DNA of 63,886 bases, filler included, from Chiloscyllium plagiosum (Eukaryota): the NCBI RefSeq assembly GCF_004010195.1. It is 4 parts of one record of this genome, joined end to end, with 100 filler letters (N's around TTAATTAATTAA, not from the genome) between each part and the next. Parts side by side here need not be neighbours in the genome. Positions count along the whole stretch, not along the records: positions 1 to 16,521 come from NC_057715.1; positions 16,622 to 36,176 come from NC_057715.1; 2 more parts are not named here. One strand, 5' to 3'. The translations under genes and the position numbers were made by a program. Position 1 is the first letter of the stretch, and every line of letters begins with the position of its first letter. Positions 12,386 to 26,628 of this stretch are shown here, in pieces. The notes beneath the pieces are model-generated. The model ran no database searches and was not told where the DNA came from. It saw only the letters and a list, made by a program, of their open reading frames with translations.

Positions 12386-13203
12386 GCTCAGTATTTCCCA
12401 CCGTTTTCTGTTTTTAAAATCATTTGCTAGATATATTCCTGGCATTTAAAAAAAAGAGGGGTGTAACTTGGTCAAAGTTTTCAATTGGGACTGGTAGGAT
12501 TGATAGAGAGGAATTATTTCCAATGATTGGCAGATCCAGAATGACGGACTGTGGTCAAAAATGGCAGCCAAAGCTTTCAAGAGTGAATGAGGAAACATTT
12601 CCTCAGGTGAAGTTGGTGTAAATTTATAACTCTGATATTGATTGATCTTTGTTTGCACAAAGGGTAGAGAGACAAGAATCAAAGGCTCACAAATCAGCCA
12701 TGTTAGGGACCGTCAGCAGGTCAGGAAGCTTCTGTGGAAACAGAAAGTGGGTTAATGTTTCAGGTCAGTGAGCAAGTGAAAGCAGGAAAATGAACAAAAT
12801 TGAATGACTCTGATAGGGTGGGTGGGATCTGCTGACAAAAGGTTTCAAATTGCAAGACCAAAGGAAATGGTAATGGGACAAGGAAAGATTCAAAACCATG
12901 TGTCTGGATGAGGTGTGAATAGGAGAAAAGCAACCACAAATAGTAAGAAGATCAGAAAAAAAACCAGGAGCATTAACAAAGGAGCACGATTTCACAGTAA
13001 AAGGCAAGAGGTTCAGAGAGGATTTGAGGAATATAATTTTTATCCAGAGAGACCTGGAATGTATTGACTGGCAGCGTAGTTGAGACAGGTAACGCCTTTA
13101 AAAGTACCTGGATGAGCACTTGAAATTCATAACATTCAAGGCTATGGGCCTAGTACTAGAAAGTGGGAGAAGTGTACATTTAGTGCAGTTTTGCAGTACA
13201 GAC

Positions 13204-13943
13204 TGTTATGACATGACGGTGAATCCTTCTGTTAATTAAACCAAACTCTCAGAAAAGCTCACCTTGCCTTGTAATTAGCTAAAATATGAGTGACAGAGAG
13301 CTCCCAAATTCCACTATTTAAAGAATATAATATCAATTTATTCTTTAACTGTAAAAGTGGACATTAAATAACAACTATTCACAACTCTAAGCCCTCCCCT
13401 TTCTCTTGACTGCTTATTATCTGCCTCCAACTCAATAACAATATACTGTTCCAATAAAACACCAACTTAATTTCAAAACCATACAGCGGCTGACATCATC
13501 AGAATCTTTCTTCTTCTGGCTGTAGACCTCCCTGGGTCATCTTCTTTCTTTTTACTGAAAGATGTTTCATATGAAAAGGTGAGTGATAGTTTCAAATGTC
13601 AGTTGCTCTCTTAATGGCAGTTATTCTGTCTGACTTTCAAACTGCTTGCCTTTTTAAAACCCCTAACATCGGATCAAATCATTGGTTCAATGTTGGCAAA
13701 ACAATAAATTCAAACTTGATTGGGTTTTAGTACATTGTTTAAACTGCTTGGTTAAATTAGAATTGTTGTCAGAACAGCAACCAGCTTAGGTATCCATTTC
13801 ACAGCCAAATGTTACATATTTTCAATTTTCCAGTACAATCTGGGACTGCTAGCTAGTCATATGATAATTGCATGTAATCTCTTAGTGCAAAACAGCAGTC
13901 ACTCTCTTTTAAAGATCCCATACATGCCTTCAACTTGATAACA
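13204..13943 (-). repeat. 3' LTR of Gypsy retrotransposon
   Basis: Termini TGTTAT...ATAACA form an inverted repeat; polypurine tract AAGGGAGATGG directly precedes it on the minus strand; homologous to 36939-37721. Confidence 0.8.
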
Positions 13944-16375
13944 CCATCTCCCTTAAGAAAAAATGAACCATTCATAATGACAAGATGGCTTCATTTCTTT
14001 CATAATGCTTAATCCCACTACAAAGAAATACATAAGTCATTAATTCAAATTCATATTAATTTCTGCACACACACACACACACACATTCCAATATAAAACA
14101 TTGGAATCTGTTCAATCTGATCTATATTTTATCCTTTAAATCTACGATAACACAACTGCGATCACATTTTTATGACCCGCACATAAAGAATTTGTAAGTT
14201 AAAAGTCTGTAACATAAGAGTCCAATAAAATAGACCCATATTCTTATTTTTAAGTAGTTCCAAGAGTGTAAGAGGATTGTGGTCCATATAGACAACTGTC
14301 TCCGACACATTTTTCATCACAGAAACATTAAAATGCTGTAAGCCAGTACCAAACTCAAGAATTCCTTTTCGATGGGAGAGTATTTTCTCTGGTGGGTGTT
14401 GCGTTTCTTTAAAAAGTAGCTGATTGGCTGTTCAATTCCATCATCATCTTCCTGTAGCAGTATAGCCCCACACCAATATCACTAGCTTCGATCGCATCTT
14501 TGAAGGGTTTCAAAAAAGTTTGGTGAAGCTAAAACTGGTGGAGTGGTTAATACTGATTTTAAGTTGTCAAATGCCTCCTAACATTGTTCTGTCCACTGAA
14601 ATTTTGTGTTCTTCTTCAGTAAATCTATTAGCAGTGCCACCATGCTGCTAAAGTTTGAAACAAATGTACGGTAGAATTGACTTTGTACCAAAAATCGAAG
14701 CCCCTCTTTCTTTGAGGATAGTCGTGGAAATTCTTTGAAGGCCTTCATCTTTGTGTTCCTTAGAGTTAACCTTCCATGACCAATGTTATCTCCCAAGAAC
14801 GTCACTTCTCCCTTCACGAATTCTGTTTTCTTTAAGTTTATTACCAGTTTTGCTTCTTATAATTGTTCAAAGGGCTCTGCCAACTGTACCATGTGATCTT
14901 TCCATGACTTGCTAAAGATCACTACATCATCCAAATACACTGCAGTTTGTTAAACCAGCCACAACTCTGTTATTTGGAATGTGGTTGGTGCTTTCTTCAT
15001 TCCAAAAGGCATCACTTTGAATTAATATAGCCCATTTGGGGTTACAAATGCACAAACTCCTTTTGCTTTTTCTGATACAGATATCTGCCAATAACCATGA
15101 AATAAGTCAAACATTGTGATGTAACTGACTTGTCCAACTTTCTCAATACAATCCTCCAATCTTTGTATTGGATAAGAGTCTGATTTTGATACGGCGTTGA
15201 CCTTCCGATAGTCCACACAAAATCGTTGAGTCTTGTCAAGTTTGGGAACTAACACAATCAGCGAACCCCATCTACTCTGAATTGGTTCGATGACATCTTC
15301 GCTGAGCATGACATCCATTTCCATCTGGACCTGTTGACTTTGAGAGGATTAAGCCTGTAGGGGTGTTGTTTTATCAGAACAGGTTTCCCTACTTCCACCT
15401 CATACACAATAGCATTAGTCCTCCCCATTGTTTTCCTGCGTATGTCCTCAAAGTGCTGTAACAAAACTTTCAACTGGCTTCTTTGTTCCTGAGACAGACA
15501 GTTCACTAACCTATTCCACTCCTGAAGGACATTCTCATTATTTAATGTATCTTGAGGTACATCAAACTCCACAACATCTAGATTTGATTCCTTACTCTGC
15601 AGGGCAGTAACTAACACCTGTTTCTTCAGTTCCCTGTCTCTATTATAATAATGACATACCCTATACAGATTTTTTTCCTATCCAGTATCTTTACAAGATA
15701 GTTTACCTGACTTAATTTTTTCTCAATTTGTTAGGGACCACTAAAGCTGGTTTCAAAAGGATCTCCTACCACTGATGACAACACTAATACATCATCCCCA
15801 TGGGAAAACATCAGAATTTCAGAGATTTTATCTGCCACCTGCTTCATTCTATGTTGTGCCCTCTTCAGGTGCTGTTTAGCTAAATCACCTACCCGATTTA
15901 ATCTCTCCCTCACCTTCAATACATAACCCAAGTGTGAGATCTCCAACATGGGTCTTGATTTTTTTCTCTTTAATTAATTTCAAAGGCCCTCTCACTTCAT
16001 GTCCAAATATTAATTCAAAGGGAGGAAACTGAGTAGATACGTTTGGGGCATATCTTATGGCAAACAATACGAATGGGATACCTTTTTCCCAATCATTTGG
16101 ATAATCCTGACAGTACGCTCTTAATTTGTTGCCACCTTTCCAAAGCTCCCTGGGATTCAGGGTGATGTGCACTTGATTTAAAGTACTGTATGCGTAAGTA
16201 ATCCATGACTTCCTTAAACAGCCTAGCAGTAAACTTAGACCCTTAGTCAGACTGAATCTCTCTTGGGAGCTCATACCGTATGAAGAAAGCAACTAACTCC
16301 TCTATTACTCTTTTTGGCTTAATACTCCATCATGGAATTGCCTCCAGAAATCTGGTAGATACTACCATTATGGTC
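13204..16375 (-). mobile_element. Gmr1-like Ty3/Gypsy LTR retrotransposon remnant (IN-RT-RH-LTR)
   Basis: Integrase (DWEKGIPFVLFAIR, PFELIFGHEVRGPL, FSGP) at 15731-16292 precedes RT (IKQHPYRLNP, RFCVDYRKVN, DLFHGYWQ, YLDDV) at 14578-15617, then RNase H and the LTR. Confidence 0.88.
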
Positions 16376-16521
16376 ATAGAACATAGAACATAGAACAATA
16401 CAGCACAGAACAGGCCCTTCGGCCCACGATGTTGTGCCAAACATTTGTCCTAGATTAAGCACCCATCCATGTACCTATCCAATTGCCGCTTAAAGATCGC
16501 CAATGATTCTGACTCTGCTAC

Positions 16522-16621
16522 NNNNNNNNNNNNNNNNNNNNNNNNNNNNNNNNNNNNNNNNNNNNTTAATTAATTAANNNNNNNNNNNNNNNNNNNNNNN
16601 NNNNNNNNNNNNNNNNNNNNN
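16522..16621. other. Assembly gap linker
   Basis: 44 N + TTAATTAATTAA + 44 N; identical block occurs three times. Confidence 0.97.
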
Positions 16622-16957
16622 TTACTCTTACCAAAGTGAATCACCTCACACTTACCTACATTGAACTCCATTTGCCACCTTTCTGCCCAGTTCTGCAGCT
16701 TATCAATATATTCTCTTTAAACCAGGCAAGGTCACAGATGATTGGGGAATAGCCAATGTTGGTTCCTTCATTTTAAGAAGGGTAATAGGCATATGGAGGG
16801 TATTATATGTCGGCAAATCATTCATCAGTTGTCGAGAAATTATTGGAGAAGGTTCTTAGGCACAGGATTTAAAGAATAAGAATAGATGTTACAGAAAAAA
16901 ACGTGGCTTGTTGCAGTGTCGACCCAAATTGAGATTTTTGAGAAAGTAACAAAGATG

Positions 16958-19144
16958 ATTAGAATTAGAATTAGAATTAGAATTAGAAGAATACAGCGCA
17001 GTACAGGCCTTTTGGCCCTCGATGTTGCGCCGATCCAAGCCCACCTAACCTACATTAGCCCACTATCCTCCATATGCCTATCCAATGCCCGCTTAAATGC
17101 CCATAAAGAGAGAGAGTCCACCACTGCTGCTGGCCGGGCATTCCATGAACTTACGACTCGCTGATTGAAGAACCTACCCCTAACTTCAGTCCTATATCTA
17201 CCCCTCCTTAATTTAAAGCTATGCCCCCTTGTAATACCCGACTCAATACGCGGGAAAAGGTTCATACTGTCGTCCCTATCTAACCCCCTAATCATCTTGT
17301 ACACCTCAATCAAGTCACCCTTAAACCTTCTTTTCTCTAATGAAAACAGCCCCAAGTTTCTCAGTCTTTCCTCATACGATCTTTCTACCATACCAGGCAA
17401 CATCCTGGTAAACCTCCTCTGCACCCGTTCGAGTGCCTCCACATCCTTCCTATAGTATGGCGACCAAAACTGCACACAATATTCCAGATGCGGCCGTACC
17501 AGAGTCTTATACAACTGCATCATGACCTCAGGGCTCCGGAACTCAATTCCTCTACCAATAAAAGCCAGTACGCCATATGCCTTCCTCACCGCACTATTTA
17601 CCTGGGTGGCAACTTTCAGAGATCTGTGTACATGGACACCAAGATCCCTCTGCTCATCCACACTACCAAGTATCGACCATTAGCCCAGTACCCCATCTTT
17701 TTGTTATTCTTCCCAAAGTGAATCACCTCACACTTAGCTACATTGTATTCCATTTGCCACCTTTCTGCCCAGCTCTGCAGCTTCTCTATATCCTGCTGTA
17801 ACCTGCTACATGCTTCCTCACTGTCAACAACTCCTCCGACTTTCGTATGATCCGCAAACTTGCTCACCCAACCTTCTAGCCCCTCTTCCAGGTCATTTAT
17901 AAAAATGACAAACAGCAATGGTCCCAAAACAGATCCTTGCGGAACACCGCTAGTGACGGCACTCCATGAAGAAACTTTGCCATCAACTACTACCCTCTGT
18001 CTTCTTCCATCCAGCCAATTCCTAATCCAAACCTCCAACTCATCCTCAATGCCATATCTCCGTATTTTCTGCCGTAGCCTACCATGGGGAACCTTATCAA
18101 ACGCCTTACTAAAATCCATATATACCACATCTACCGCTTTCCCCTCATCAACCTCCTTCGTCACCTTTTCAAAGAATTCAATAAGGTTTGTGAGGCACGA
18201 CTTGCCCTTCACAAAACCATGCTGACTATCCTTGATCACATTATTCCTATCTAGATGTGCATAAATCCTATCCCTTACAATTCTCTCTAAGACTTTGCCC
18301 ACAACAGAAGTGAGACTCACCGGCCTATAGTTACTAGGGCTATCCCTACTCCCCTTTTTGAACAAGGGAACCACATTTGCTATCCTCCAGTCTTCTGGGT
18401 CTACTCCTGTAGACAAAGAGGACATAAAAATCAAGGCCAATGGCTCTGCAATCTCCTCCCTTGCTTCCCAGAGAATCCTAGGATAAATGCCATCAGGCCC
18501 AGGGGACTTATCTATTTTCACCTTTTCCAGGATTTCCAACACCTCTTCTCTACATACCTCAAAGCCATCCATTCTACTTATTTGTGCCTCAGTATTCTCA
18601 TCGACAACAATGCCCTGTTCCTGAGTGAATACTGAAGAAAAGTATTCATTCATTGTCTCCCCAATCTCTTCCGCCTCCACACGCAACTTCCCACTACTAT
18701 CCTTGACTGGTCCTATTCCTACCCTAGTCATTCTTTTATTCCTAACATACCTATAGAAAGCCTTAGGGTTTTCCCTAATCCTATCTACTAAGGACCTTTC
18801 ATGTCCCCTCCTTGCTGCTTTTAGCTCTCTCTTCAGGTCCTTCCTGGCTACCCTATAACTCTCAATCGCCCCAATTGAACCTTCACGTCTCATCTTGAGA
18901 TAGGCCGCCCTCTTCCATTTAACAAGGGATTCCAATTCCTTATTAAACCACGGCTCCCTCGCACGACCCTTTCCTTCCTGCCTGACAGGTACATAATTAT
19001 CAAGGACACTCAATAGTTGCCCCTTGAACAAGTTCCACATATCATTTACACTCTTGCCTTGGAGTCTACTTTTCCAAGCCACACATCCTAAGTCATGCCT
19101 CACCGCATCATAATTTCCCTTACCCCAGCTATAATTCTTGCCCT
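16958..19144 (-). mobile_element. Young 5'-truncated CR1 LINE (RT region)
   Basis: 495-aa ORF 17616-19103 plus 203-aa ORF 17050-17661 joined by one frameshift; motifs KSPGPDG, QHGF, DFSKAFDKV, GVPQGSVLGP, FADH; short-repeat tail (ATTAGA)n on the plus strand at 16958-16987. Confidence 0.95.
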
Positions 19145-19389
19145 GTAGTACATGGAATAGTGTAGGTTAGATGTGCTCAGATTGGTATGACAGATCGGCA
19201 CAACATCCAGGGCCGAATGGCCTGTACTGTGCTGTTATGTTCTATGTTCTAAATTGCCTGTAGTATTTGGTGAAAAGGTAAATGTAGGGGAATGGGTCTG
19301 GGTGGGTTGCTCTTCGGAGGGTCAGTGTGGGACTTGTTGGTCCAAAGGGCCTGTTTCCACACTGTAAGTAATCTAAAAAAAATTTGAAG

Positions 19390-21742
19390 GGAAGTCCACA
19401 TTTGAGATGTGGGAGGCTTTCAAAGATAGGTTAAAGATAGTGCAGGATAGGCAAGATTTGTGAACCGTGGATGACAGGAGAAATTGTATGACTAGCCAAG
19501 AGGAAAAGGGAAGCGAACATAAGGTCTAGGCAGCTAAGAACAGAATGGGCCCTGGAGGAATATTGGAAGAGTAGGACAAGTCTTAAACGAGGAATCAAGC
19601 GGGCTAAAAGAGGTCATGAAATAGCTTTAGCGAACAGAATTAAGGAGAGTCCCAAAGCATTTTATTCTTATATAAGAGGCAAGCGGGTAACTAGAGAAAG
19701 GATTGGTCCATTAAAGGATAATGAAGGAACGCTGTGTGCCGAACCTGAGTGAATAGGTGAGATTCTGAATGATTACTTTGCATCAGTGTTCACTGAGGAA
19801 AGGAACATGATGAATGTTGAGATTAGAGACAGAAGTTTGATTAGTCTGGATCACGTTGACATAAGTAGGGAAGATGTGTTGGATAGGTTAGAGCTTAATA
19901 AGGTGGACAAATCCCCAGGACCAGATGGGATCTATCCAAGGTGGTTGAGAGAGGTGAGAGAGGAAATAGCTGGGGCCCTGACAGATATCTTTGTGGCATC
20001 CTTAAATACAGGCAAGGTGCCGGAGAACTGGAGGGTTGCTCATGTTGTCCCCCTGTACAAGAACGGTCGTAGGGTATATTCCAGGTAACTACAGACCAGT
20101 GAGCCTGATGTCAGTGGTGGGAAAGTTGCTGGAGAAGGTACTGAGGGATAGGATCTATTTATATTTAGAAAAGAATGTGGGTGGCACAGTGGTTAGCACT
20201 GCTGCCTCACAGTGCCAGACACGTGGGTTCAATTCCCGCCTCAGGCACATTCTCCCCGTGGGTTTCCTCTAGGTGCTCTGGTTTCCTCCCACAGTCCAAA
20301 AATGTGCAGGTTAGGTGAATTGGCAAATGTTAGGTGAAGGGGTAAATGTAGGGATGGGTCTGAGTGGGTTGCTCTTTAGAGGGTCAGTGTGGATCTGTTG
20401 GGCCGAAGGGCCTGTTTCCACACTGTAAGTAATCTTATGGGCTTGTCAGTGACAGGCAACATAGTTTTGTGTGGGGGGGATCGTGCCTGACCAACTTAAC
20501 ACAGTTCTTCGAGGAAGTGACAAGTTGATAGATGAAGGAAAGCTGTTGATGTCATATACATGGACTTTAGTAAGGCATTTGATAAGGTTCCCTATGGCAG
20601 ACTAATGGAGAAAGTGAAGTCAGATAGTGTACAGGGTGTTCTAGATAGGTGGATAAGGAACTGGTTGAGCCACAGGAGACAGAGAGTAGTAGTTGAAGGA
20701 AGTTTCTCGAAATGGAGAAAGGTGACCAGTGATATTCCACAGGGGTTAGTGTTGGGGCCACTGTTGTTTGTAATATACATAAATGATCTGGAAGATCACT
20801 GGCACTGTTCGTGTGATCAGCCAGTTTTGCAGATGACATGAAGATTGGTGAATTAGCAGAAAGCACAAGGGACTGTCAGAGAATACAGGAGGATATAGAT
20901 AGACTGGAGAGTTGGGCAGAAAAGTGGCAGATGGTTTTCAATCCAGAAAAATGTGAGGTGATGCATTTAGACAAGACTAATTCTCAATGAACGGAAGAGC
21001 CTTGGGAAAAGTTGATTGGCAGAGAGACCTGGGAGTGCAGGTCCATTGTACCCTGAAGGTTGCTGCACAGGTGGGTAGGGTGGTTAAGAAGGCATATAGT
21101 ATGCTTGCCTTCATTGGACAGGGTATTGAGTATAAGAGCTGGCAAGTCATGTTAAAATTGTACAAGATATTGGTTCGACCGCATTTAGAATATTGTGTAC
21201 AGTTCTGGTCGCCACATTACCAAAAAGATGTGGACGCTTTGGAGAGGGTGCAGAGAAGATTTACGAGGATGTTGCCTGGTATGGAAGGTGCTAGCTACGA
21301 AGAAAGGTTGAGTAGGTTAGGTTTATCTTTATTAGAAAAAAGGAGATTGAGGCGGGACTGATTGAGGTTTACAAAATCATGAAGGGTATACACAGAGTGG
21401 ATACAGACAAGCTTTTTCCCAGGGTGTAGGATTCAATAACGAGAGGTCACACTTTCAAGGTGAGAGGTGGAAAGTTTAAGGGGGATACACGCGGCAATTA
21501 CTTCACACAGAGGGTGGTGGGTGTTTGGAATGTGTTGCCAGCAGGGGTGGTAGAGGCAGGCACGGTAGATTAATTTAAGATGCGTCTAGACAGATGCATG
21601 AGTAGGTGGGGAGCAGAGGGATACAGATGCTTAGGAATTGACCAACAGATTTAGACAGTACATTTGGATCGGCTCAGGCTTGGAGGGCTGACGGGCCTGT
21701 TCCTGGGCTATAAATTTTCTTTGTTCTCTTTGTCCTTTGTTC
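19390..21742 (+). mobile_element. CR1 LINE 3' half, decayed, with V-SINE inserted at ~20177-20435
   Basis: RT fragments 19786-20088, 20560-20841, 20987-21361; TTTGTTCT-type tail. Confidence 0.9.
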
Positions 21743-22772
21743 TGGACTTCCCCACCCCAGGGAAAAGATCTTGTCTATTTATCCTATCCATGCCCCACAT
21801 GATTTTATAAACCACTATAAGGTCACCCCTCAGCCTCCGACACTCCGGGAAAAAAAGCCCAGCCTATTCAGCCTCTCCTTATAGCTCAAATCCTCCAATC
21901 CTGGCAACATCCTTGTAAATCATTTCTGAACCCTTTCAAGTTTCACAACTTCCTTTCAATAGGAAGGAGGCTAGAATTGCATGCAGTATTCCAAAAGTGA
22001 CCTAACCAATGTCCTGTACAACTGCAACATGACTCCCCCAACTCCTATACTCAATGCTCAGACCAATAAAGGAAAGCATAGCAAATGCTTTCTTCACTAT
22101 CCTATCTACCTGCAACTCTACTTGCAAGGTCTCTTTGTTCAGCAACACTCCCTAGGACCTTACCATTAAGTGTATAAGTCTTGCTAAGAATTGCTTTCCC
22201 AAAATTCAGCACCTTGCATTTATCTAAATTAGTCTCCATCCGCCACTCCTCAGCCCGTTGGCCCATCTGATCAAGATCCTGTTGTAATCTGAGGTAACCT
22301 TCTTTGCTGTCCAATACACCTCCAATTTTAGTGTCATCCGCAAACTTATCATCTATACCTCCTATATTCATATCAAAATTGTTTATATGAATGACATAAA
22401 GTAATTAACACTGCACTGATCCTTGTGACACTCTACAGGTCACAGGCCTCCAGTCTGAAAAACAACCCTCCACCACAACCTTCTGTCTTCTACCTTTGAG
22501 CCAGTTCTGTATCCAAATAGCTAGTTCTCCCTATAGTCCATGAGACCTAACGTTGTTAACCAGTTTCCCATGGGAACCTTGTCGAACGCCTTACTGAAGT
22601 CCATATAGATCACGTCAAATGCTCTGCCCTCATCTATCCTCTTTGTTACTTTTTCAAAAAGCTCAATCAAGGTTGTGAGACATAATTTCCCATGCACAAA
22701 GCCATGTTGACTATCCCTAACCTGTCCTTGCCTTTCCAAATATGTGTAAATCCTGTCCATTAGGATTCCCTC
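21743..22772 (-). mobile_element. CR1 LINE RT fragment
   Basis: ORFs 22102-22371 (KFADDTKIGG) and 22521-22799 (DSQHGF, DFSKAFDKV). Confidence 0.88.
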
Positions 22773-22776
22773 CAAC

Positions 22777-22982
22777 TGGGTGCTCTGGTTTCCTCCCACA
22801 GTCCAAAGATGTGCAGGTTGGGTGAATTGGCTATGCTAAATTGCCCATTGTGTTCAGGGCATAAGTTAGCTGCATTAGTCAGGGGTAAATATGGGGTGGG
22901 GGAATGGGTCTGGGTGTTGCCCTTCAGAGGGTTGGTGTGGACTTGCTGGGCAGAAGGGCCTGTCTCCACACTGCAGGGATCA
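22777..22982 (+). mobile_element. V-SINE 3' half
   Basis: Matches the 3' half of the SINE at 11553-11869. Confidence 0.8.
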
Positions 22983-25900
22983 TATTTTAATTCAATTATC
23001 ATCAAGGCTACCCATCTGACGTTTTCAGTCAATGTGTTGATTAAGATCATACATGGTTATTGCCAGGCCTTTCTGTCAAGCCTCTGCTATTTTTTCTCTT
23101 CTGCTCCATTTCACCTTGTGGTGACTGATGAGGAGCTACTCTCACAGGTGGCTTCTTGCCTTTATCATTTCTCATTTCCACCCAATTGCTACCACATCTT
23201 GGTTTCCTGAAATAAGATTATCACTCTCTATTATGCTAATGCCATCATAAGTAAAAGCCATAATTTCCTAGTTTCTTATGATTCTTAAATGCCATGTACC
23301 CTTCAATATTCAGGTAATCCTGCAACCATATTTCTGTAATGACCAAATTGTACTCATTGATTTCCATTTGTGCTCTCAGTATTTTTAAAAAAATTTTTGT
23401 GTTGTAGGCATTTAGATACAGAGCCATTAAGTTTATGTTTTTACTGGCTTTGTGAATTCTACTGTTATCTGTTGGTTGACTGATGGATTCATACTCTCTG
23501 TTCCTTCTTGATAGTCTGCTTATCAGTTCCCATATTAATGTTCTTCCCTTTGCCTTGACTCTACTCTTTAATTTCCCACATCTTTCCAAATTTAATCTTT
23601 TGCACCTATTTTATTTAACATTCTCTCTGCTTACCTAGTTATGTAGTTTATAAGAACATCGGCCCCAGCATGGTTCGGGTGAAGACTATCCAATCAGTAC
23701 CAAGACCACTTTCCCCACATTTCTTTCATGTAATAACTAAACTGATTCACCCTGTGCTAATTTGCATGTAGCTCAGGTAATAATATAAAAATTATCATCT
23801 TTGAGGTTTCATTTGCCAGAAAAGATGTTCTCTTCTAGTCATTGCATAGACATATGGTTGAAAATGGAATAGTGTAGGTTGGATGGGCTTCAGATTGGTT
23901 TCACAGGCCAGTGCAACATCAAGCGCCTGTTCTGTGCTGCAGTGTTCTATGTGTATTTGTGCTGAATATAGGGTGCTAAGAAAACAGCCAAAGCTCATCA
24001 GAGACAAGGGGAAAAAAAGAAAAATGAAAATCTAGCAGCAGAGAGACAGCTGTATCGAGCAGTTTCAACTTTACATCCCCAACTTCAACAACTGTGAGCA
24101 AAAATAAATGGTTGATGTGAGCCTGACTCCACCTACTCTTGCATCTTATGTCTAATTTAAAAGAAACCTAAAGTTATTTATTTTGCTGTTCATGGAATTG
24201 ATACCAGGTTGAAAACATCCTTCTTCAAGAGAAACAGGACAGAAAAAATCCCTCTTAAAGGCACATATCATCTCAATTTCCAGTAGAGAGCAGTCAGGAG
24301 ATGCACCCTGGATTATATTTCCCTTCCTAATTTAGGGGTACTGCAGTTAAAAAGACCCTGACTGATGCTATATCGACTCAGCACAGAGTGCACATCAAGT
24401 TCAAGTTCTTCCTGTCTGCATTGCTCAATTATTCAGTGGATGTACTAATTTAGTTATCCTTGTAACGCCTCAGGGCTGATCCTATTATTAGGATGTTTCC
24501 TTGAGAGTTGAATGTCCATGGTTACATGAAAATTGAAGAGTGACACCTGGAAATTTCAGTTCTATTTAGCATCACTTTATGGAAGAATCTGCAACAAAAA
24601 AATGTCTCTGGGCAACAAATCCAAAAAGCAGGGAATACACATTATAATTAAGGGAACCAGGAGCGAGGAGTAAATTGAAATAATCATGTCGAGTCACTGC
24701 AAAATGTAATACACAGATTCAACAGAGAATCAGATTGTTTATTGATGAGGTTCATATAAGATTTAAAAGCCACAAGATTTTTGGGCTTAATGGTCTTGGT
24801 CTGTTACTAAAATATTCTTATATACCTGTATATTGAAAAGAGAGTTCCAAGTAAAAATATTTTAAATACAAGTTACTCAGTATTAGTTGTGTCTGGAAAA
24901 AGACCATGCGCAAGCTTGATTTTGAGTCATTAACCACAATGCACACACACCTATTGTGCACCTTACTTGGTTTCAATTTCATTGACTTTAATGAAAAGTA
25001 ACATCAAGAATAATGAATAGTAGATTTGGTTTTAATGTAAACTAATGATGTCTAATCAAAGTCAAAATTATCCTATTTTGATCTAACCATTTTTTCTTCC
25101 TTGTGGACCTGTTGGACCTAGTAATATACCAATGAACTGACTTGTATTGTCACAAGGCACACAAGGTTGAGGAAAATCATTGGAGTCTAATAGAATCATA
25201 AAAATATAGAATATGGAAACAGACCCATCAGTCCAAATCGCCCATGTCGGCCAGATATCCTAAATAAATCTTTTAGATAGCACACACTGCTGTGAATGAG
25301 CATCAGTGATGGAGACAGCAAAAGTTTGCTAATGCGGTGCCAATCAATTGGGCCACCTTATCCTGGAAGGTGTCAAGTTTCTTGTGTTGTTGTTGGAGCT
25401 GCACTTCTTCAGACAACTGGGAGTATTTTCTCACACTTCTAACTTCTATAGATGGTAGAGATACTTTGGGGAGTCAGGATGTGGGTTACATGCTTCAGGA
25501 TTCTGAGCTTCTGACCCACTCTTTTAATCATAGCATTTATTTGGCCAATCGATTCAGTTTCTGGTCAATGATAGCTTCTAGGCGGTTGACAGTGGGAAGT
25601 CAGCAATAGTGATGTCATTGATAATTAGATTCTCTCTTGTGAGACAAATTAATTTCCTAGCACTTATACAGCATAAATGTCAACTGCCACTTGTTAATCC
25701 AAACTTGGATATTGTCTATGTCTTGTTGCATTTGCACAGACTGCTTCAGTATCTTAAGAGTTAGGAATGGCACTGAACACTGGGCAGTCATCAGTGAACA
25801 TTATTGACTTTATGATGAGTCACTGATGAAGCAGCTAAAGACGTTTGGGTGTCAGACACTATACTGAGGAGTTCCTGAAGATATGCCCTAGACCTATGGT

Positions 25901-26493
25901 TACTGACCTCCAAAAACCACAAACATTTTCCTTCGTGCTTGGGTATGATTCCAATCTGTGTCGAGAGTATCCCCAAATTCCCGTTGATTCTATTTTTCCT
26001 AGAGTTCCTTGAGGCCACACTCAGTCAAATGTGGCCTTGATGTCAAGTGCTGTCACTCTCACCTCACCCCTAGAATCCAACTCTTTTATCCATGTTTGAA
26101 CCAAGACTGTAATGAGATCAACAGTTAAGTAGAACTCAAACTAAGGGTTAGTGAGTAGGCACTGTTCAGTAGGTACTGCTTGATAACATGATTAATAACA
26201 TCTTCCACCAGTTTACGAATGATCGTAATGGGTGTAGTTACTGGCCGGGTTGAATTTGTCTGCTTTTTGTGCACAGGTCATACCGGGGCAATTTTTCACA
26301 CCCTCAGGTAGATACTAGTGTCATAGCTGTACAGGAACAACTTGGTTAGGGATGTGGCAAGCTCTGGTGAACATCTTTTAAGCATTATTGCCAAAATGCT
26401 GTTAAGGCCTTTGCAATATCCATTGACTCAAGCCATCCTTTGAAATCACCTGGAGTGAATCAAATTGGCTGAAGAATGGCATCTGTGACAATG

Positions 26494-26628
26494 TGACAAT
26501 TCCTGAAGAAGGGCCTGTGCCCGAAACGTCGAATCTCCTGTTCCCTGGATGCTGCCTGACCTGCTGTGCTGTTCCAGCAATAAAGTTTCAACTTTGATCT
26601 CCAGCATCTGCAGACCTCACTTTCTCCT
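26494..26628 (+). mobile_element. Penelope-derived mini-element with hammerhead ribozyme
   Basis: Flanked by perfect 14-bp direct repeat CATCTGTGACAATG (26480-26493, 26629-26642); same family as 8705-8796. Confidence 0.85.
26499..26534 (+). ncRNA. Minimal type I hammerhead ribozyme
   Basis: ATTC-CTGAAGA-A-GGGC-CTGT-GCCC-GAAAC-GTC-GAAT: stem I ATTC/GAAT, stem II GGGC/GCCC, palindromic ACGT in place of stem III, GUC triplet ending at 26530. Confidence 0.75.

Noticed and set aside
16566..16577. Palindromic TTAATTAATTAA within N runs (also 36221-36232, 61656-61667)
   Set aside because: Identical 44N-12-44N blocks; an artificial six-frame-stop scaffolding linker, not biology.
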